A DNA stretch of 64,000 bases, taken from positions 32,001-96,000 of IMG/VR virus record IMGVR_UViG_3300046787_000438; one strand, written 5' to 3'. Both the position numbers and the translations under genes were made by a program. Source of the DNA: a virus. Shown here piece by piece: positions 60,219-64,000 of this stretch (the first letter of the stretch is position 1; the number at the start of each line of letters is the position of its first letter). The notes beneath the pieces are model-generated. The model saw nothing but the letters and a program-made list of their open reading frames with translations, searched no databases and had not been told where the DNA came from.

Positions 60219-61256
60219 TTAGATTCCTAGCCAGTACTTGCGCTCTAAGGTCCAGTTGACTGTATTCTTCAAAGACTCATCAAATGGCACTACAGGCAGC
60301 CATCCCCACTCTTCTAGGGTTCCGCGCTCTAATCCGTAACGTAGATCGTGGCCAGGGCGTGTATTCCCGACGTCATTGTATTCCACCCAGTCGCCATCTA
60401 GCCCCATGAATGACGCAATCAGATTAGCCATCTCGTCATTAGATACTTCGCGCTCGCCACCTACGTGGAAGCGGAGTGGGCGGGAAACCCCTTCAGACTT
60501 TCTAAGACTATGGCTAGAGGCATTCTTAATTATGTAAGTCAATGCGTCAGCTTGATTGCGAGCGTGTAGGTAAAATCTACTGCCAGATTTCCAGACTCCG
60601 TCAATCATCTGGCCGTGTACTGGCATTTTCTCGCCAGCTAAAAGTTTCTTTATAGTCTTTGGGACGAACTTCTCTGGGTCTTGGCGCTCGCCGATGATGT
60701 TCATTGTATTGGTGATAACAACTGGGACATCGTAGCTTCGCCAGTATGCAATGGAAATTGCTTCCTGAGCTGCCTTAGATGCAGAGTACGGATTAGATGG
60801 AAGAATCGAATCATACTCTGGATGAGCTGTGCCATTTATTGCTGGACCATATACTTCATCAGTGCTAATTTGAATGAATAAGTCTAGATTTGGTAGTGTG
60901 CGTGCATAGTCAAGCATTGTCGTGACTAGCATTATGTTATTTTCTATGAAATGTCTAGGCTCTTCTAAGCTTCTGTCGACATGAGACTCGGAGGCCATGT
61001 TGATAATCACATCTACATGACCGATTTCTCTAGCTGTTATAGGGTCTATTGGTGCCACAATATTGTGAGTCAAGATTAATACTCGGTGGCGCTCTGTTGG
61101 ATTAGCATCTAGGACTTCGCGTAATCGGGAACTAATGCCCTTATGTCTAAAGCTCTCTAAGCAGACTACCTCCCAGTCTGTAGTCTTTAGGATATGCTCG
61201 AGCGTGTGATGGCCAATAAATCCGCCAGCACCTGTTAGTAGAATTCGCTTCGACAT
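60219..61256 (-). CDS. dTDP-glucose 4,6-dehydratase-like NDP-sugar enzyme (RmlB family)
   Basis: TGAGGFIG, ESHVDRS, STDEVYG, PYSASK, RPGHDLRY. Confidence 0.9.
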   Translation of the reverse strand: MSKRILLTGAGGFIGHHTLEHILKTTDWEVVCLESFRHKGISSRLREVLDANPTERHRVLILTHNIVAPIDPITAREIGHVDVIINMASESHVDRSLEEPRHFIENNIMLVTTMLDYARTLPNLDLFIQISTDEVYGPAINGTAHPEYDSILPSNPYSASKAAQEAISIAYWRSYDVPVVITNTMNIIGERQDPEKFVPKTIKKLLAGEKMPVHGQMIDGVWKSGSRFYLHARNQADALTYIIKNASSHSLRKSEGVSRPLRFHVGGEREVSNDEMANLIASFMGLDGDWVEYNDVGNTRPGHDLRYGLERGTLEEWGWLPVVPFDESLKNTVNWTLERKYWLGI

Positions 61257-61273
61257 GGTAGGATAAGCCTATC

Positions 61274-62116
61274 ATGAAGACTGCTATTGCCATAGTGTTT
61301 GACGCTAACTATATAGAGAAAGCGGCAATATTCATTGACTCCCTGTCAGAGAACTATCATGGCAGCGAGAAGCTCGATATTACATGTGTAGTGCCAGAGT
61401 ATGAATCTAAAGCTTTTGATGATCTAAAGAAGTTAGTATCAATTACCCCTCGTATTCACTTGATAAAAGTTGTATATCCTAAAGACTTGTCTGACTGGAT
61501 ATCAGGAGCAGTTAAACAAAGATTCTCTTGGGTACCGTCTATGACCTGGTACCGTCTATTCCTAGGCACGGTATTGCCTGACTATGACAAGGTTATCTAC
61601 TTTGACGTAGATGCCTTGGTTGTGGATAACATTCAACCAATACTTGATCACAAGATGTATAGCCCCTTCATGGCAACGGTTGATGTAACTGGCTTTGAAA
61701 TTATGTTTCTAAAATCTCGTGGTGAGCTGCCTAGGCTACATGCTGGAACTCTAATAGCTGATCTTAACTGGTGGAGAGACTCTGGTATTGAGGATGAATT
61801 TAGAGCTGCCATGGAAGAGTGGGATTTGACACTCGGATCGGATGAGGATCTTCTAAATAGGAATGAAACTATTAGATCTAATTGGACGCTAATCCCTTTC
61901 ACGTTCAACTTTCTATTCTTTACGCGAGATGCTTACGGTATTCCAGACTTCGATAGCTCTGAGTCATTACCCTTGTACTACAAACATGCAATCATGATTC
62001 ACTTTGCTAGTCAGATAAAACCATGGAACTATAAAAAGATTGTTGGTAAAGAGGATCCTTCTCGTATAGGCGCTGAGTGGCGTAGGCGAGAAGCTTTAAT
62101 TAAGGCTAGAAAATAG
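61274..62116 (+). CDS. Glycosyltransferase family 8
   Basis: D.NY, YRL, KVIYFDVD, DEDLLN, HF....KPW. Confidence 0.88.
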   Translation: MKTAIAIVFDANYIEKAAIFIDSLSENYHGSEKLDITCVVPEYESKAFDDLKKLVSITPRIHLIKVVYPKDLSDWISGAVKQRFSWVPSMTWYRLFLGTVLPDYDKVIYFDVDALVVDNIQPILDHKMYSPFMATVDVTGFEIMFLKSRGELPRLHAGTLIADLNWWRDSGIEDEFRAAMEEWDLTLGSDEDLLNRNETIRSNWTLIPFTFNFLFFTRDAYGIPDFDSSESLPLYYKHAIMIHFASQIKPWNYKKIVGKEDPSRIGAEWRRREALIKARK

Positions 62117-62120
62117 CTAC

Positions 62121-62149
62121 TTGACATAATATCTTGACTATGTTAGGTT
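62121..62149 (+). promoter_or_regulatory. SigA-type promoter TTGACA-17-TAGGTT
   Basis: ATG 6 nt downstream. Confidence 0.72.
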
Positions 62150-62155
62150 AAACCT

Positions 62156-62689
62156 ATGACAGTTAAGACAAGAGCCGTTTCGGCAATAATGACAGACATA
62201 ACTACAATGGGCGTTGACGCGATTGTAAATGCTGCTAATGAAGATATGGCTGGTGGTGGTGGAGTTGATGGTGCTATCCATCGTGCTGCAGGCCCACTAC
62301 TTAAGTTAGAGACAATCAAACATGCTCCTCTCTATGTAGCTAAGACTGCTATAACTGATGGCTACAATCTAAAGGCGAAGTTTATTGTCCACACGGTTGG
62401 ACCTAAATATGGTCATGGTGGTTCTGGTGAGTACCTAGCACTGGAGACTTGCTACCAAAGAGCTATTGTTGCTGCCCACTACAAAGGTGCTAAAAGTGTT
62501 GCAATCCCAGCTATCAGTGCTGGTGTTTATGGATTCCCTAGAGAGCGAGCTGCAAAGATTGCAGTTGAGGCTTCTATTAGGACCGTTGAGTCGCTTGAAG
62601 AATTATATGAAGGTAATGGCCTAGAGGTAATACTTGTTGCATATGACAAAGAAACCCTCGACCTATACCTTAAATATCTAAAGGCATAA
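62156..62689 (+). CDS. Macro domain protein (MacroD/YmdB-like ADP-ribosyl hydrolase)
   Basis: DIT, DAIVNAAN, GGGGVDGAIHRAAG, HTVGP, PAISAGVYGFP. Confidence 0.93.
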   Translation: MTVKTRAVSAIMTDITTMGVDAIVNAANEDMAGGGGVDGAIHRAAGPLLKLETIKHAPLYVAKTAITDGYNLKAKFIVHTVGPKYGHGGSGEYLALETCYQRAIVAAHYKGAKSVAIPAISAGVYGFPRERAAKIAVEASIRTVESLEELYEGNGLEVILVAYDKETLDLYLKYLKA

Positions 62690-62714
62690 GCCGAGGGCTT
62701 AGTTGTTAGATGGT

Positions 62715-62903
62715 TTAGTCGTCTTCTGGCTTCTCGTAACGAAGTGGGAAGGTGATTACCCAAATCGAAAGTACTACGAGAATAAGGGTTCCAGTTAGTT
62801 CTTTGGCTGAGCCTTCAAGAACGAGCCATGCAACAACCATACCTAGTAAGGTCCATGCCTGGTCAATGATGTCCTTGAATAGGGCTACGAGGAAATTCTT
62901 CAT
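62715..62903 (-). CDS. Small two-TM membrane protein
   Basis: Two hydrophobic helices. Confidence 0.6.
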   Translation of the reverse strand: MKNFLVALFKDIIDQAWTLLGMVVAWLVLEGSAKELTGTLILVVLSIWVITFPLRYEKPEDD

Positions 62904-63139
62904 TAGTCTTCTTCTTTCTTGTTATTATTGTTAGTTGCTTTTGCTCCAAAGTAGCCACCGAGAATACCGATGATTCCACCGAGAGCTGTCTGTACTAGGG
63001 TCATAACATCTGATGAAACTTCTACTGGCTCTCTTGTTGTCTGAGTTTCGATTGCAGCAACCACGTAATCACCAACGATTGCAAATAGAATTGCAAGCAT
63101 TACGCCAGCTGCTAGAATCAGCATTGTTTTTTCTTTCAT
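62903..63139 (-). CDS. Small two-TM membrane protein (holin-like)
   Basis: Two TMs, GIIG...GYFG, charged tail. Confidence 0.6.
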   Translation of the reverse strand: MKEKTMLILAAGVMLAILFAIVGDYVVAAIETQTTREPVEVSSDVMTLVQTALGGIIGILGGYFGAKATNNNNKKEED

Positions 63140-64000
63140 TACTTAATCTTTCTTGTTGAGGTATTTTCTGAGCGTCGTGAGCCGCCTGATGCGCCTCCGC
63201 CTCCGCCCGAGCTAGCTGCTGCTGAAGTTGCTGCGCCTGCTGCTCCTGTTGCTGCTGCGATAGCTGCGTTACCTGCAACAACTGCTGCAACAACTACCTT
63301 CTCTGACTCTTCACGAACCGCGGGTGCCATGTCAGCGCCAACGTTTGACATGAAGTTAATTGCATCAACGAGGGCTGCAGCACCTGGGATTGCTGCAAGC
63401 TCTGGAGAGATAACGATGTCATCGGCAGCAGCTGCAATATACAAAGCATCGAGTGCTTGCTCGTATGCTGCTGAGCCCTTCTCTGCTGTCTCGAAGGTTT
63501 CGAGTGCTGCATCCTTCAAGGCTTCTGCTTGCTTAGGTGATAGGTCAGTGGCTACAATCTCGGTGAGGTCGATCTTCGTTAGAAGTTCGGCGCTGATGAT
63601 TTCTGGAAGTTGTTCAGCAGAAGTAATCTCTTCTTCTTTTACAACTGGCGGTTCTGGTTCCACTGGTGTAGGCTCTGGAGTAGGTTCAGGTTCCACGGCT
63701 GGTGGTTCTGGTGCAACGACGGGAGGTTCAGGTGTCGGTTCAACAACAGGTGGTTCAGGTACTACTACTGGCGGTTCTGGTTCCGCTGGTACCGTTGGTT
63801 CTGGTGTTGGCGCTACTGGTGGCTCTGGAGTGGGAGTCGGTGCTGGTGTTGGCTCTGGTTGCGGTTCTGGCGACGGACTTGGTGCTGGAGGCAAAGTTGG
63901 CTCTGGCTGTGGAGTCGGAGTCGGAGTCGGGGTTGGAGTAGGAGTAGGTTCTGGTACTACAACTGGTGGAACTGTAGGGGTAGGTTCTGGAGTTGGAGTA
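63139..64000 (-). CDS. Pro/Glu/Thr-rich surface-type protein (partial, start beyond window)
   Basis: The frame stays open to 64000 (TPTPEPTP repeats); C-terminal N.GADM.P..RE....VV motif. Confidence 0.75.
   Translation of the reverse strand, partial: TPTPEPTPTVPPVVVPEPTPTPTPTPTPTPQPEPTLPPAPSPSPEPQPEPTPAPTPTPEPPVAPTPEPTVPAEPEPPVVVPEPPVVEPTPEPPVVAPEPPAVEPEPTPEPTPVEPEPPVVKEEEITSAEQLPEIISAELLTKIDLTEIVATDLSPKQAEALKDAALETFETAEKGSAAYEQALDALYIAAAADDIVISPELAAIPGAAALVDAINFMSNVGADMAPAVREESEKVVVAAVVAGNAAIAAATGAAGAATSAAASSGGGGGASGGSRRSENTSTRKIK

Overview
A 64 kb piece of a large tailed dsDNA phage genome. No capsid, terminase or polymerase gene falls in the window. The host is very probably an actinobacterium: WhiB, DUF3039, class Ib nrdH-I-E-F, an MSMEG_6728-like protein and widespread leaderless promoter architecture all point that way. 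From 1 to 24.7 kb (minus strand) lie two parallel tail-fibre/appendage operons with Gly-X-Y collagen and Mtd_N-type fibres. Each opens with the same promoter motif plus a paralogous adaptor gene, and each closes with a protein carrying a long (PPFF)n tract. Between them sits an array of eight Fe(II)/2-oxoglutarate oxygenases and two DUF6065-like genes. From 24.7 to 64 kb come nucleotide metabolism genes (nrdHIEF, dut, thyX), whiB, a tmRNA, 10 tRNAs (including a rare Ile-UAU) and several tRNA-like or structured elements. This region also has seven more 2OG oxygenases, five paralogous SGNH-like proteins, a carbamoyltransferase, a GT8 and an NDP-sugar dehydratase, a secreted subtilisin, a macrodomain protein, an M23 endolysin and many small genes. 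The best candidate for an undescribed system is a phage-encoded pathway that post-translationally tailors virion fibres, with the (PPFF)n and collagen tracts as likely substrates of the oxygenase, glycosyl, acyl and carbamoyl enzymes. All family calls come from reading motifs by eye; no searches were run.
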